DNA of 64,000 nucleotides from Candidatus Poribacteria bacterium (lineage in GTDB: Bacteria; Poribacteria; WGA-4E; GCA-2687025): NCBI GenBank assembly GCA_963665845.2, contig OY762492.1, positions 384,001-448,000 of the forward strand. The letters run 5' to 3'. How positions within the stretch are numbered: the stretch's first letter is position 1; each line of letters opens with the position of its first letter. Below, one piece after another: positions 36,787-47,736 of the stretch. A program made the translations under genes and the position numbers. Under the pieces are notes generated by a model. The model worked only from the letters and a program-made list of their open reading frames with translations. It was not told the DNA's origin and did no database searches.

Positions 36787-39180
36787 ATGCAAAAGCAAAC
36801 GCAAAACGAACGAAACGCCAAAACCGCCTACGGAAGAGTCCATATCACGCGGCGGGGAAATCTGGTCGCCTTACAAAACAACCGCCTGCAGGCGTCGTAC
36901 GATCTGAACACGGGGCGGTGGAGTTACGGGAACGCGAGCGGGCAATGGGTTGCGCGCGGCGCCCGTTTCGGATGGGCGGAACAGAACGGAACGGAGCGGT
37001 GGACGACCGACCCCGGCGAGAGGCGTTTTACGGCAAAGCCCGCCTTGTCAGACGAATACGGCGACGGCGCGGTCGTTCACTGCTCCTTCGCCGACGAAGA
37101 CGGCATCGTCTTTGAAACGCAGGTGGAACTGTATTCAGGCTCCCCCTGGGCGGTGGCGCGGGCGAGAATTCGCAACGAAGGCTCCAAGCCGCGCCGCATC
37201 GACCGCATCGTCTTAGCCGAAACGGGCGAGGAAGGCGGAGAAGGCGTTTTTCTCGGAAGCGACCCGACCGACTGCTATGTGTTTTTAAACGGCTCCAAAC
37301 AGCTCGCCAGAGGCGCCTACCCGATTCGAAAAGATTATGTGTACCCCGACCAGCTGACGGACGAGTCGGTATCGGACGGGATGATTTACGATCCGCATAC
37401 GCAAAAAACGCTCGCGTTCGGATTCTTGACGCAGGGAAAATGGTGGAACCGCGCCGAAGCGGGATACCGCCCCGCGCTCATGGACGAGGCGGCAGAAGAG
37501 CATCCGATCAACATCTGGCGCGTGTATCAATCATGCGAGGAGGCGGAAGCGCCCCCCGGCGGCGTCATCGAGTCGGATCCGTTTTATATAGACGTGTCGA
37601 CTCCTTTTAAAGACGCTCAAACGCGCTTGATACGTACCGGCGCGTCGGAGGCTCCGCCGTCCCGCCTGCGCCCCTCCTTGACAGCGCGCCTTGAGGCGTC
37701 CAGCGGCAAACCGATTGGGCAGGAGATGCGCAAGCTGGTGGAGCGGCTGTCCAGCGGCGGCGGCGGGCTGCCGACCGGCCCCGGCGGACTCCAGCAGATA
37801 CGCATCGGCGGCGAATGGGGCGCCTTGAACGAGGAGACGCGCCGCTTTCATTTTCCAGACGGAATCGCCGATTCGGTCGCCCATGCCCAGAGCGCCGGTC
37901 TCTCCGTCGGGGCGGAGACGCCGATCTACCGCTTAGAGGATCCGCCCAAGGAGCTGCAAGACGCGGTCGTCCGCGCGCGAAACGGACGCCCCGCCGTGTT
38001 TGGAAACGAGGACGGCTCCAAGGCGAAAACGCTCGACCCGACGCGCGACGAAACGCGCAAATGGGTTCTGGAACGGCTGGACGCCGCCTACAACGAATGG
38101 GGTCTCGACGCGCTCTACGTCACCATTCATCCGCTTCAGGACCTGATACCGAACGACATGAAGCGGCATCGATGGAGCCGGCGCGGGTTGACGCGGATGG
38201 AGGCGATGTGCGCGGCGTACGACCTGCTGGAATCGGCGCGGCAGAAGGTCGCGCCCGACAAGATACTCTCCGTCCTTGATGCGCCGCAGGGTCCCCGCTT
38301 CGCCCAGTCGGAGCTGTCGAACGGCGGCTTGGACTATTTTTACAAATCGCTCTCGCCCGTTTGGGACGGGCAATGGGGGTCGCGCGAGCTGCTGCGCGCC
38401 TTCATGTCCAAATGGAACATGCGCTCCAGCGGGTCGAACCTGGAGCTGGGACCGCTGCGCTTTGTGGAGGAACGGGCGCGGAACGAGGCGCAGCTGTTCA
38501 TTGCGGTCGGTTTGCTGTCGGGCGCGCATCTGTGCCTCGCGGACAACCTGTCGAAACTGAACAGCGACGAGGCAAGTTTTTTGCGCAAATGCCTTCCGCT
38601 CACCGGCATCTCCGCGACGGCGGTTCCGATCGCCGGGAAAGACCTGCTCGCATGGTCAATGCCGCTGCAAGCCGCCTTCGGCGACTGGACGATTGTCGGC
38701 GTCGTGAACCTGTCCGACATCTACCATGACGCGCATATCCGCATGGAAGACCTAGGCCTTAGCCGCGCAAAGTCGTATCTGGCGTGCGAATTTTGGGACG
38801 GGGTCTATTTTGGCGAGCATCAGGCGGCGTTTTCGGCGCATGGCGTCCCGCCGCGTTCCGCCAAGCTGTTCGTCATCCGCGAGGAAAAGGAGACGCCCAT
38901 GTTTCTCGCCAGCGATCTGCATGTGCTGCAGGGTCGGGAGGAACTGCTGACAATCGGCTGGGACGAATCGAGCGAGTCGATCTTGGGCGTCTGTCAAGGG
39001 CAAGCGGGCGGGCGGGGGGCTTTGTATTTTTATGTCCCGCCCTCCTATATCCCGACCGGCGTCAGCTGCGTCGGCGCGAAATACTCGTACCGGTGGAAGC
39101 CGCCGATATTCAATATCGAGATCTCTTTAAAAGGAGAACCTGCGCCGTTTCACATACGCTTCGCGCGAACTGAAGGTTAG
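36787..39180 (+). CDS. GH36/alpha-galactosidase-like protein with degenerate catalytic motifs
   Basis: N-terminal beta domain, LDPT.DE...W...L.....EWG.D, GxxLCLADNL, and a C-terminal domain with EFWDG and SDLHVLQG. Confidence 0.65.
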   Translation: MQKQTQNERNAKTAYGRVHITRRGNLVALQNNRLQASYDLNTGRWSYGNASGQWVARGARFGWAEQNGTERWTTDPGERRFTAKPALSDEYGDGAVVHCSFADEDGIVFETQVELYSGSPWAVARARIRNEGSKPRRIDRIVLAETGEEGGEGVFLGSDPTDCYVFLNGSKQLARGAYPIRKDYVYPDQLTDESVSDGMIYDPHTQKTLAFGFLTQGKWWNRAEAGYRPALMDEAAEEHPINIWRVYQSCEEAEAPPGGVIESDPFYIDVSTPFKDAQTRLIRTGASEAPPSRLRPSLTARLEASSGKPIGQEMRKLVERLSSGGGGLPTGPGGLQQIRIGGEWGALNEETRRFHFPDGIADSVAHAQSAGLSVGAETPIYRLEDPPKELQDAVVRARNGRPAVFGNEDGSKAKTLDPTRDETRKWVLERLDAAYNEWGLDALYVTIHPLQDLIPNDMKRHRWSRRGLTRMEAMCAAYDLLESARQKVAPDKILSVLDAPQGPRFAQSELSNGGLDYFYKSLSPVWDGQWGSRELLRAFMSKWNMRSSGSNLELGPLRFVEERARNEAQLFIAVGLLSGAHLCLADNLSKLNSDEASFLRKCLPLTGISATAVPIAGKDLLAWSMPLQAAFGDWTIVGVVNLSDIYHDAHIRMEDLGLSRAKSYLACEFWDGVYFGEHQAAFSAHGVPPRSAKLFVIREEKETPMFLASDLHVLQGREELLTIGWDESSESILGVCQGQAGGRGALYFYVPPSYIPTGVSCVGAKYSYRWKPPIFNIEISLKGEPAPFHIRFARTEG

Positions 39181-41660
39181 CGGTAGGCGAAATCTCCCGT
39201 CTCGACCGTCCAGTCCATCCCAAAAAAGCCGACCGCCTTGACGCCCTCCATACCGTTTTCAAGCGTCGCCGCATCCGCGATAAACACATCCGGATAGGCG
39301 ACGCCGGACACAAAATACGGCATGCGGTTGGTGAGGCGCATGCCGGTCAAGCCCGTACCGGAAACAGCGGCGGCAAGCCCTTCAGGGTCGTTCTCTATCG
39401 GGCGAACGAGCAGTACTGCCGTCTCCTCCCCTTCATAGACGCGCTCTCCGATAGAGACGCTGCCGCGCCGCGCTTGTACGGGGCTGCCGCTGAAGAGAGT
39501 CTCCCAGGCGGCGTTGCTGTCCGCGTTTCCGTAGAGAATGACGTTGCGACCTGTCGGCGCCATGGCGGCGTATTCCGCGTCTGACATGATCTCGACGGAG
39601 CCGTTGCCGCGGTACCAGAAATGCTCCGCGTCCAGACGCGCCTTCGCGTACGCCCACTCGTTTTCGGCGTCCGTTCCTGACGTCCCGTACACGAAGATCA
39701 TCCGCCGCTGAAACGCATTTTTAAACGGTCCGTAACGCTTCGGTCCCTTCAGCTTGTCTGAAGGCGGATCGGTCGCCGCTGTCCACAAGTCGTTTTCTTT
39801 GATGAGCCAAAGATGTTCCGCCTCGTTCCGTTCCGCCTCTATCGCCTGCCCGTCGATCTCGATGCGTATCGTCTCGGACGGCATGAGATGGCGCAGATCC
39901 AGGCGGATGCGGGCGGCGTTTTTGGTCGTCCCTTTGAACCGCCTGCGGTGCGGGTCATGGCGCAGGTTGATGCTGCTGAACGCCATGGGCGTCTCCTGCG
40001 CCTCAATTGCCGCCCATCGATACTGCGAGGAGACAGACGGGTTCGCTGTGATGAACTGCAGGTCGCGCGTTGCCGCGTTTTCGGGGCGTATATGTCGCGC
40101 GAACATATCGAACATCGGCGCCCAGTCGACGCAGTCGGCGCCCGGTTCGTCGTCGCGGTTCCACCAATGCCCCGCACCTGTCTCCTCATGGTAGAACCAG
40201 TTGTTGTGAAACTCCGTTAAAACCTCCGCCATTCGCTGCGCCTCCCGCGCGGGGACATTGTTGTCGTCCGCGCCATGCAGCGCATAGACGCCCATGTCGG
40301 TTAGGTTTCGCGCTAGGGCGATGGTGTCGCTTCCGTTCGCCGCCCTGCGCATGATGTTCATGACCGCGTCCGGCTCGTCCATCTGCGGGGCGCGCGTGTA
40401 GGAGCGGAAACTGATCCAGCCCGCGCTCGGGCCGACGGCGGCGAAAGCGTCAGGGTACGTGACTGCAAGATGCCACGCGCCATGCCCGCCCATCGAATGC
40501 CCCGTCAGATAGGTTTTGGCGGGATCCGTGTTGAGCCGTTGGCGCGCTGTTTCAAGAACCTCCATCGCGTCCAGGCGCCCCCAGTCCTCCCAGTCGAAAC
40601 CGAAGGGGCGGCGGTTCGTCGGGGCGACCAGATGCCCCCATGTTTTGCTTGAGTAAGCGTTCGCCTGCCCTATCGCTTCCACCGACGCGCCATGCAGCGA
40701 TAAAAACAGCGCGTCCGCCGTTCCCGACGCCGACTGCGCCGGCTGAACGGCGTAATACTGGACGCTGCCGTCGATGGCGCTGATAAAGGCGCGTTTGCGG
40801 CTCTCGGTCGGCTTGCGTATGCGCATCTTAAACTGGATGGAGTCGGCCTCCGCGCCGTCGACGCGCAGGGTCAGCTGGACAGCCGCTTCGGTTGCGCCGT
40901 CGGGGAACGACTCCGCCCGCATCATAAACGGAACTTTGCGGATACTGACCGCGGGGACAGACGGAACGGGCGTTTCCGCCGCCTCTCCGCCGTCAATAGA
41001 CGCCAAGAGTACGGCTCCGCGCAGCGTTTTTTCTTCGCCGTTCATGACGATGACGCCGCCATGTGTCTCATGCCGCTCGCCGGCGACGAAGTCGGGCAGG
41101 GTCATATCGCCTTGGTTCAACATCGCCGGCGCGTCCATCGGATGCAGCCGCGCTCGGATTCCGCGGCGCCTTCCTCCTCCGATAAACAGCAGCTCGTTGC
41201 GCCCTTTTTTCAGGCGGACAGGCAGGCGGAAGTAGCCGTATCGATACCCGTTCCCAGGTCGAAACCGCCCGTTCACATAGACGCCGCCATGTCCGTGGGC
41301 TTCCAGCAGCGCCGTCCGCTCCCGCTCTTCTTCTAAGACGATGAGCGCGTAGCCGGCGTTGATCCAGCCCTCTTCGTTCGCTTCGGCGCGCGTCCATTGT
41401 ACCGTCTCGCCGTCAGAGCGCTGGTACGGTTCGCCGTCGGAACGCAGAAAAACCTCTCCCTCGGCGGGCGCCGTCCATTGTCCCTTTGCGATGCGCATCT
41501 CGAGCGGGTCGATGCGTATCGGAGACCGCCAGCCTCTCGAAACGGACGGCAGCGTCAACGCCTCGGCGAACCAGCCCGCCTCCTGCTGCGCCGACGCAAA
41601 CGGCAACAGCATGAACAGGAACCCAACCGCCGCAAACAGGATCGGATCTGCCATTCTCAT
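39177..41660 (-). CDS. Secreted alpha/beta-hydrolase (prolyl oligopeptidase/esterase-like)
   Basis: Signal peptide; LHGA, GHSMGG nucleophile, HGADDNNV and GHW. Confidence 0.85.
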   Translation of the reverse strand: MRMADPILFAAVGFLFMLLPFASAQQEAGWFAEALTLPSVSRGWRSPIRIDPLEMRIAKGQWTAPAEGEVFLRSDGEPYQRSDGETVQWTRAEANEEGWINAGYALIVLEEERERTALLEAHGHGGVYVNGRFRPGNGYRYGYFRLPVRLKKGRNELLFIGGGRRRGIRARLHPMDAPAMLNQGDMTLPDFVAGERHETHGGVIVMNGEEKTLRGAVLLASIDGGEAAETPVPSVPAVSIRKVPFMMRAESFPDGATEAAVQLTLRVDGAEADSIQFKMRIRKPTESRKRAFISAIDGSVQYYAVQPAQSASGTADALFLSLHGASVEAIGQANAYSSKTWGHLVAPTNRRPFGFDWEDWGRLDAMEVLETARQRLNTDPAKTYLTGHSMGGHGAWHLAVTYPDAFAAVGPSAGWISFRSYTRAPQMDEPDAVMNIMRRAANGSDTIALARNLTDMGVYALHGADDNNVPAREAQRMAEVLTEFHNNWFYHEETGAGHWWNRDDEPGADCVDWAPMFDMFARHIRPENAATRDLQFITANPSVSSQYRWAAIEAQETPMAFSSINLRHDPHRRRFKGTTKNAARIRLDLRHLMPSETIRIEIDGQAIEAERNEAEHLWLIKENDLWTAATDPPSDKLKGPKRYGPFKNAFQRRMIFVYGTSGTDAENEWAYAKARLDAEHFWYRGNGSVEIMSDAEYAAMAPTGRNVILYGNADSNAAWETLFSGSPVQARRGSVSIGERVYEGEETAVLLVRPIENDPEGLAAAVSGTGLTGMRLTNRMPYFVSGVAYPDVFIADAATLENGMEGVKAVGFFGMDWTVETGDFAYR

Positions 41661-41731
41661 GTCGTCTACCTTTCCTTTCCTCTCTTCTCAACAAAAGAGA
41701 GCGAGATGAGCATAGCGATAAAAAGAGCGGG

Positions 41732-41895
41732 CGGCAACTACAGGCGATGACGTACGAAAATCCTGTTTGAGTCGGGGCTACGGGAGCGCGGACATTCCCC
41801 CTTGTCAAGGGGAGTCTAGAAACCCGCGCCCTACCCGCCGCAGACGACATCCGCGTTCGCATTCAGCATTGTCCCGACTTAAGACGTAAGGTCGG
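41732..41895. repeat. Degenerate composite repeat: GGCAGT-type left end, CCCCCTT..AAGGGG palindrome, CTGACC-type right end
   Basis: ctacaggcgatga..cgaaaatcctgtttgagt shared with 46344-46378; ends gtcccgacttaagacgtaaggtcgg. Confidence 0.7.
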
Positions 41896-41901
41896 CATGT
41901 C

Positions 41902-42069
41902 CTGACCTCATGCTGAAAGTTGGGACATTTGAACTGACGATCGCTCTATTCATGGGAAAAAGGCGCCGCCGACCAAACCGTCATTCCCGCGTAAGCGGGA
42001 ATCTAGAGGCGTTGCAGATGACGTCCGCGTTCGCATGCCGACATGTCCAAACTTAAGACGTGATGTCAG
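41902..42069 (+). mobile_element. CTGACC-type MITE (168 bp) with target-site duplication catgtc
   Basis: TIRs ctgacctcatgctgaaagttgggacat / atgtccaaacttaagacgtgatgtcag; catgtc at 41896-41901 and 42070-42075. Confidence 0.88.
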
Positions 42070-42078
42070 CATGTCAAC

Positions 42079-42108
42079 TTGAAAAAAGGCGGCGGCAACG
42101 GCTATGAT
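42079..42108 (+). promoter_or_regulatory. Putative sigma70 promoter of leuS
   Basis: TTGAAA-18 nt-TATGAT. Confidence 0.5.
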
Positions 42109-42131
42109 TAACGCAGCAGATTGGAGTTGAC

Positions 42132-44612
42132 ATGAACGCGCCTCCGTACCGTTTCAACGAGATCGAAAAAAGATGGCAAACGCGCTGGGAAGAAACGAAC
42201 GCCTTCCAAGCGGACGAAGATTCGGATAAACAAAAATTTTACTTGCTGGAGATGTTTCCTTACCCGTCCGGCGACCTCCACATGGGGCATGTGCGCAACT
42301 ACATCATCGGCGACGCGCTCGCGCGGTATAAGACGCTGCAAGGATACTCCGTCCTGCATCCGATGGGATGGGACGCGTTCGGACTGCCGGCGGAAAACGC
42401 CGCCATCGAACGCAAAATACACCCCGCCGAATGGACAGACGGCAACATCTCGTACTGGAAAACGCAGCTCAAACAGCTCGGCGTCTCGTACGACTGGAGC
42501 CGCGAACTCTCCACAAACCGACCCGACTACTATAAATGGACGCAATGGCTTTTCCTGCTGCTGTATGAACGCGGGCTGGCGTATCAACAAGGGGGGCTTG
42601 TCAACTGGGACCCTGTCGAAGAAACCGTTCTAGCAAATGAGCAGGTCATCGACGGGCGCGGCTGGAAATCGGGCGCCCCTGTTGAAAAACGGCGCCTAAA
42701 CCAGTGGTACTTCCGCATCACCGACTATGCCGAACGGCTCCTGAACGACCTGGACAGGCTTGACGGCTGGCCCGATCGGGTTCGGACGATGCAGCGCAAC
42801 TGGATCGGGAGATCCGAAGGCGCGGAGATACAGTTTCAAATTGAAGAGACGGGCGAACCGCTGCCCGTTTTCACGACGCGCCCCGACACGCTTTACGGGG
42901 CGACCTTCATGGCGCTCGCCCCTGAACATACTCTCATTGAAGAGATGATCGAAGGCTCGCCGCATGCGGCGCGCGTCATGCCTGAAGCGCAGCGCATGCG
43001 CAACCAGACGCGTCAGGCGCGCTCCGACGCGGACGCCGAAAAAGAGGGCGTTTTCACCGGCTTTTACGCGGTCAATCCGGTCAACGGGGAACGCATACCA
43101 ATCTGGATCGCCAACTACGCGCTCATGGATTACGGCTCCGGCGCGCTCATGGCGGTTCCCGCGCATGACGAACGCGACTTTGAATTCGCCCGAAAATACG
43201 ACATACCGGTCCGCCCTGTCATTCAGCCGCCCGATTCGACATGGGACGGGGGCGAAATGAATGAGGCGTATGTGGAGGATGGCGTTCAGATCAACTCCGG
43301 ACCGTTCAACGGCATGCCGAACCGGCAGGCGGGCAAGGCGATCGTCGCGCGCCTCCAAGAACGCGGACTCGGCAAGCAGACGGTCAACTATAAACTGCGC
43401 GACTGGCTCGTCAGCCGACAGCGGTACTGGGGAACGCCGATACCGATGATCTACGAGCAGGACGGAACGCCCACTCCCGTTCCGGTTGAGAATCTGCCGG
43501 TGACGCATCCGCGCGATGTGCAGATCACCGGCAAAGGCGGCAACCCGCTCGCTCAAAATGAAAACTTTGTCAACTGCATTTCTCCGCGCACCGGAAAACC
43601 GGCACGCCGCGAAACGGACACGATGGACACCTTTATCGACTCCTCATGGTACTATCTGCGTTTCTGCTCGCCGCGGTTCAACGGGGGGTTTGTCGATCAG
43701 GACGCCGCGCGGTACTGGATGGCGGTTGACCAGTATGTCGGCGGAATTGAGCATGCGGTATTGCATCTGCTCTATTCGCGGTTCATTTCGAAGGCGCTGT
43801 TTGACGCGGGTCTCTCGCCGGTGGATGAGCCGTTTGAAAACCTGTTCACGCAGGGTATGGTCACCAAAGACGGCGCGAAGATGTCTAAATCGATCGGCAA
43901 CATCGTCACGCCGGATGAGATCGTGTCCAAATACGGAGTCGACACGGCGCGCCTCTTCTCTCTCTTTGCCGCGCCGCCGGAGATGGATGTGGAATGGAAC
44001 GACTCCGCCGTCGAAGGCTGCTACCGGTTTTTGAACCGCGTCTGGCGAGCTTTCCACCGCCTCTTGGAAGATGCGGCGCCGACCGCGGAATATGAGGTTG
44101 AAGCGCTGGACGGCGATGAGCGCGCCTTCCGCCGTCTGACGCATCGTACCATTCAGCGCGTCGCCGATGATATATCGGACCGGTTCAAATTCAACACCGC
44201 CATCGCCGCTTGCATGGAATTTGTGAACGCGCTTCAAAATGAAACGGCGCCGTTCTCTTCCGCCCGCGCCGCTCTTCTGCGCGAGGCGCTGGAAACGCTG
44301 CCGCGCCTGCTCAGCCCCTTCGCGCCGCATATCGCCGAAGAGATGTGGGACGCGCTCAACACAGGCAAGACGCTCCAAGAGGCTGGGTGGCCAAAATATG
44401 ACGAAAGCGCGCTCGCTGAAGAAACGATCCTCGTTGTCGTTCAGGTGAACGGAAAAGTGCGCGCTCAACTGAACATGCCGGTCGACTCAACCGAAGAGGC
44501 GGTCGCGGCAGCCGCCAAGGGAGAGCCGAACGCCGCCCGCCATCTGGACGGCAAAACGGTTCGCCGCGTCATCTACATACCGAACCGAATCATCAATTTT
44601 GTGGTCAGCTAA
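42132..44612 (+). CDS. leuS: Leucine--tRNA ligase
   Basis: MFPYPSG.LHMGH, FTTRPDT editing domain, SRQRYWG, KMSKS, QVNGKVR. Confidence 0.98.
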   Translation: MNAPPYRFNEIEKRWQTRWEETNAFQADEDSDKQKFYLLEMFPYPSGDLHMGHVRNYIIGDALARYKTLQGYSVLHPMGWDAFGLPAENAAIERKIHPAEWTDGNISYWKTQLKQLGVSYDWSRELSTNRPDYYKWTQWLFLLLYERGLAYQQGGLVNWDPVEETVLANEQVIDGRGWKSGAPVEKRRLNQWYFRITDYAERLLNDLDRLDGWPDRVRTMQRNWIGRSEGAEIQFQIEETGEPLPVFTTRPDTLYGATFMALAPEHTLIEEMIEGSPHAARVMPEAQRMRNQTRQARSDADAEKEGVFTGFYAVNPVNGERIPIWIANYALMDYGSGALMAVPAHDERDFEFARKYDIPVRPVIQPPDSTWDGGEMNEAYVEDGVQINSGPFNGMPNRQAGKAIVARLQERGLGKQTVNYKLRDWLVSRQRYWGTPIPMIYEQDGTPTPVPVENLPVTHPRDVQITGKGGNPLAQNENFVNCISPRTGKPARRETDTMDTFIDSSWYYLRFCSPRFNGGFVDQDAARYWMAVDQYVGGIEHAVLHLLYSRFISKALFDAGLSPVDEPFENLFTQGMVTKDGAKMSKSIGNIVTPDEIVSKYGVDTARLFSLFAAPPEMDVEWNDSAVEGCYRFLNRVWRAFHRLLEDAAPTAEYEVEALDGDERAFRRLTHRTIQRVADDISDRFKFNTAIAACMEFVNALQNETAPFSSARAALLREALETLPRLLSPFAPHIAEEMWDALNTGKTLQEAGWPKYDESALAEETILVVVQVNGKVRAQLNMPVDSTEEAVAAAAKGEPNAARHLDGKTVRRVIYIPNRIINFVVS

Positions 44613-44663
44613 ACGAACCGCGCGCCCATTCAACCGCCCAAAGAAGGAGACGGCAAACAACAG

Positions 44664-46322
44664 ATGAGCAGCCCTACAAACGTATCGATCCTCCCCCTCG
44701 GCGGACTCGGCGAATTCGGCATGAACGCGATGCTGGTCGAATGCGGCGGCGACATGGTTCTCATCGACATCGGCATGACGCCCAGCCGTCAATTCGGCAT
44801 CGATATGGCGGTGCCGGACATCGGCTATCTGATTGAGCAGCGCGACAAGCTGCGCGGCATCGTCCTGACACATGGGCATGAGGATCATATCGGCGCCTTA
44901 TGGCATGCGTTGAAACATGCGCCCGCGCCTGTTTATGGAACCGACCTGACGCTTGAGCTGGCGAAGAACAGGCTGAAAGAGTGGGGCGTTCTCGCGGACG
45001 CCGACCTGAACGTCATCGACGCGGACGACAAGCTTGAGTTTGGCAACATCGCCTGCGAGTTTCTGCGCGTCTCGCACAGCTTTCCGAACACGATGGCGGC
45101 CGTCCTGCGCACGCCTGTCGGGACGATACTGCACACCTCCGATTTCAAGCTGGGCGGACCGCTGGACGCCGATCAGTTCGACGCCGCCGGGTTCGCGCTT
45201 CTGGGGGAGGAGGGGGTTCTCGCGCTGCTGTCGGACAGCACCAACATTGAGTCGCCCGGCTTTACGCCGCCGGAAAGCTCCGTCCGTCCGCAGCTGACCG
45301 AAATCTTTCGCACATCCCGACGGCGCATCATCGCCGCCACCTTCGCGTCCAGCCTTCGCCGCATTCAGCAGCTGATCGATCTGGCGCTGGAGTTTGGACG
45401 GCAGATTGCAGTCGCCGGACGCAGCATGGTGAACAACACGCGCGCCGCCGCCGAGCTCGGACATCTCTGGCTTCCGTCCAACGCGACGGTCGACCTGCGC
45501 GAAGCAAAAAAGATGCCGCCCGACGAAGTGATGATTCTTCTGACCGGAAGCCAAGGGGAGCCGTTCTCGGCGCTGTCGATGATCGCGGACGGCTCCTACG
45601 GCAGATTCCGCATTGAACAGGGGGACGCGGTCGTTCTCTCGGCGCGCGTCATTCCCGGCTGTGAAAAGGATGTGGCGCGCCTTGTCGACAACCTGTATCG
45701 GCGCGGCGCGGAGGTTTATTACGGCGGCAACTGCGACGGGCTGCACGCCTCCGGGCATGGGTACCGCGAAGACCTGCGCATGATGATTCAGTTGACTCGC
45801 CCGCGCTACTTCGTTCCGATTCACGGCGACTACAAGCAGCTGCGCCAGCATGCGCGCTTGGCGGAAGAATCGGGCGTGTCGCCGCAGCATATCCATGTGA
45901 TCGAGAACGGCGAGCGGCTTGAAATCTCGGAGGAAGCCGCGGAGGTTGTTGAAAAGACGCGCGCCGGGCGAATTCTGGTGGACGGACAGATGCTGGAGCG
46001 GCTGGATGAGATCGTCCTGCGCGACCGCCGGCAGCTGTCCGAAGACGGCATGGCGATCGTCATCTTTGTGCGCAGCAAGGAGACAGGAGAGCTGTTGACC
46101 GAGCCTGAAATCGTGTCGCGCGGCTTTGTGTACATGGACGAATCGGAAGAGCTGATGAATCAAGCGAAAGCGGCGGCGCTGGACGCGCTGGAAGCTCTCC
46201 CCGAAAACAAACGCGGCGATCAAGAAGCGGCGCAAGAGGCGGCGCGCCTCGCTCTCCGCCGCTACTTTTCAAAAAACACCGACCGTCGGCCGATCATTTT
46301 GCCCGTCGTGCTGGATGTGTAA
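44664..46322 (+). CDS. rnj: Ribonuclease J
   Basis: PLGGLGEFGMN, THGHEDHIG, DSTN, GSQGEP, HASGH, PIHG, RRPIILP. Confidence 0.95.
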   Translation: MSSPTNVSILPLGGLGEFGMNAMLVECGGDMVLIDIGMTPSRQFGIDMAVPDIGYLIEQRDKLRGIVLTHGHEDHIGALWHALKHAPAPVYGTDLTLELAKNRLKEWGVLADADLNVIDADDKLEFGNIACEFLRVSHSFPNTMAAVLRTPVGTILHTSDFKLGGPLDADQFDAAGFALLGEEGVLALLSDSTNIESPGFTPPESSVRPQLTEIFRTSRRRIIAATFASSLRRIQQLIDLALEFGRQIAVAGRSMVNNTRAAAELGHLWLPSNATVDLREAKKMPPDEVMILLTGSQGEPFSALSMIADGSYGRFRIEQGDAVVLSARVIPGCEKDVARLVDNLYRRGAEVYYGGNCDGLHASGHGYREDLRMMIQLTRPRYFVPIHGDYKQLRQHARLAEESGVSPQHIHVIENGERLEISEEAAEVVEKTRAGRILVDGQMLERLDEIVLRDRRQLSEDGMAIVIFVRSKETGELLTEPEIVSRGFVYMDESEELMNQAKAAALDALEALPENKRGDQEAAQEAARLALRRYFSKNTDRRPIILPVVLDV

Positions 46323-46335
46323 CGGGTTCAATAAC

Positions 46336-46579
46336 GGTAGTCTCTACAGGCGATGATGACGAAAATCCTGTTTGAGTTGTGCTAATAGCGATTCCGCACA
46401 CGGAACTAAAACCCCCCCAGCCCCCCTTTTCAAGGGGGGAGTCCAGAAACCGCGCCCCGGCCGCTGTTATTGGGCTATTCGTCATTCCCGCGCAAGCGGG
46501 AATCCAGAGTTTTCCCAGAGAGCCTTCGCATTCCAAAACGGCGCTCTAAAAATCAAAACCATCGCCTGTATGTACTGCC
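46336..46579. mobile_element. GGCAGT-type MITE-like composite element (no clear TSD)
   Basis: Ends ggtagtctctacaggcgatg / catcgcctgtatgtactgcc; interior has both palindrome types and a segment that is the reverse complement of ~55870-55937. Confidence 0.75.
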
Positions 46580-46594
46580 CAAAAAGTCTGCCGT

Positions 46595-46623
46595 TTGCGC
46601 TCCTTCCGGAAAAGCGGTATGCT
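46595..46623 (+). promoter_or_regulatory. Putative sigma70 promoter
   Basis: TTGCGC-17 nt-TATGCT. Confidence 0.45.
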
Positions 46624-46661
46624 AAACGGGTCGAAACATACATGAAGATGGAAAGGCGAAC

Positions 46662-47705
46662 ATGGCGGGAAGGTTGAAACTTGGAGCGGTGGGATGCGGG
46701 GGCTTGCCGAGCGGCGTGTTGTTTCCGGCGCTGGCGTTGGTGGATGAGCTGGATCTGGTCGCTGTCTGCGATCTGAACATCGACAGGGCGAACGGAGCCG
46801 CGCAGAGATGGGGCGCGCCGAACACATACGCCGACTATCTTGAAATGTACGACAAGGAAGATTTGGACTGCGTCATGGTCGCCGCGCCGCCGTTTGTGCA
46901 TCATGAAGCGGGCATCGCCGCGATGGAGAGGGGCTTGCATCTCTTCACCGAGAAGCCGCCCGCGTTGAACGCCGCCGACGCAAAGCGGTTCCGAGACGCC
47001 GCCCGCAAGTCGGGCATGAAGGTATTGATGGGAACCGTCCAGCGGCACTGCCCCGTCAACCGAATGGCGAAGGAGATCATGAGCCGAGAATCGTTCGGCG
47101 CCCCGATCGTCTATGAAGCGCATTACATCTGCCCAGGGCCGGGCATGCGCATGGACTGGGGCATGCGGCGCGATTCGGACGCGGACATGTTCCGCTTTTT
47201 CCTGCTTGACCATATCATCCACCATCTGGACCTGACCCGCTTTTTCATGGGCGAGATTGAAGCGGTGAACGTCATGCGCAGCCGAACCGAAGGAGAGCAG
47301 TACGCCGCCGCCATCAACTACCGCTTCGCCAGCGGCGCGGCGGGAAGCCAGACAATCGCCATGCGCTCGCCCGACTACCATAACCGCATTCTCATTGTCG
47401 GCGATGGACCCGCATGGGTCGAGACGGAAAACTGGACGAAGCTGCGTTATTCAGGCGGCGACATTCCTGTCGGGCGCGGCGGTTATGCGGACTCGCGGAT
47501 TGTTCACTGGGACGGCGGCATCACCTATTCGGACGGGGTCGTGCGCCCAGGTTATAGAGAAGAGCTGACTGCATGGGCGCGCGCCGTGTTGACAGACGGA
47601 GAATGCGGCGCCGATCTGGAGGACGGGTACCGCGAGATGCAGCTGATCGACGCGATTGTGGAGAGTTCAGAAACGGGAGAAACGGTCGCGCCGCCGCTGG
47701 ATTAA
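46662..47705 (+). CDS. Gfo/Idh/MocA family oxidoreductase
   Basis: VGCGG, VAVCD, EKP and DHIIHHLD motifs. Confidence 0.92.
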   Translation: MAGRLKLGAVGCGGLPSGVLFPALALVDELDLVAVCDLNIDRANGAAQRWGAPNTYADYLEMYDKEDLDCVMVAAPPFVHHEAGIAAMERGLHLFTEKPPALNAADAKRFRDAARKSGMKVLMGTVQRHCPVNRMAKEIMSRESFGAPIVYEAHYICPGPGMRMDWGMRRDSDADMFRFFLLDHIIHHLDLTRFFMGEIEAVNVMRSRTEGEQYAAAINYRFASGAAGSQTIAMRSPDYHNRILIVGDGPAWVETENWTKLRYSGGDIPVGRGGYADSRIVHWDGGITYSDGVVRPGYREELTAWARAVLTDGECGADLEDGYREMQLIDAIVESSETGETVAPPLD

Positions 47706-47736
47706 CAGCCCCATGTCTTGAAGGCGCGAATAGGAG

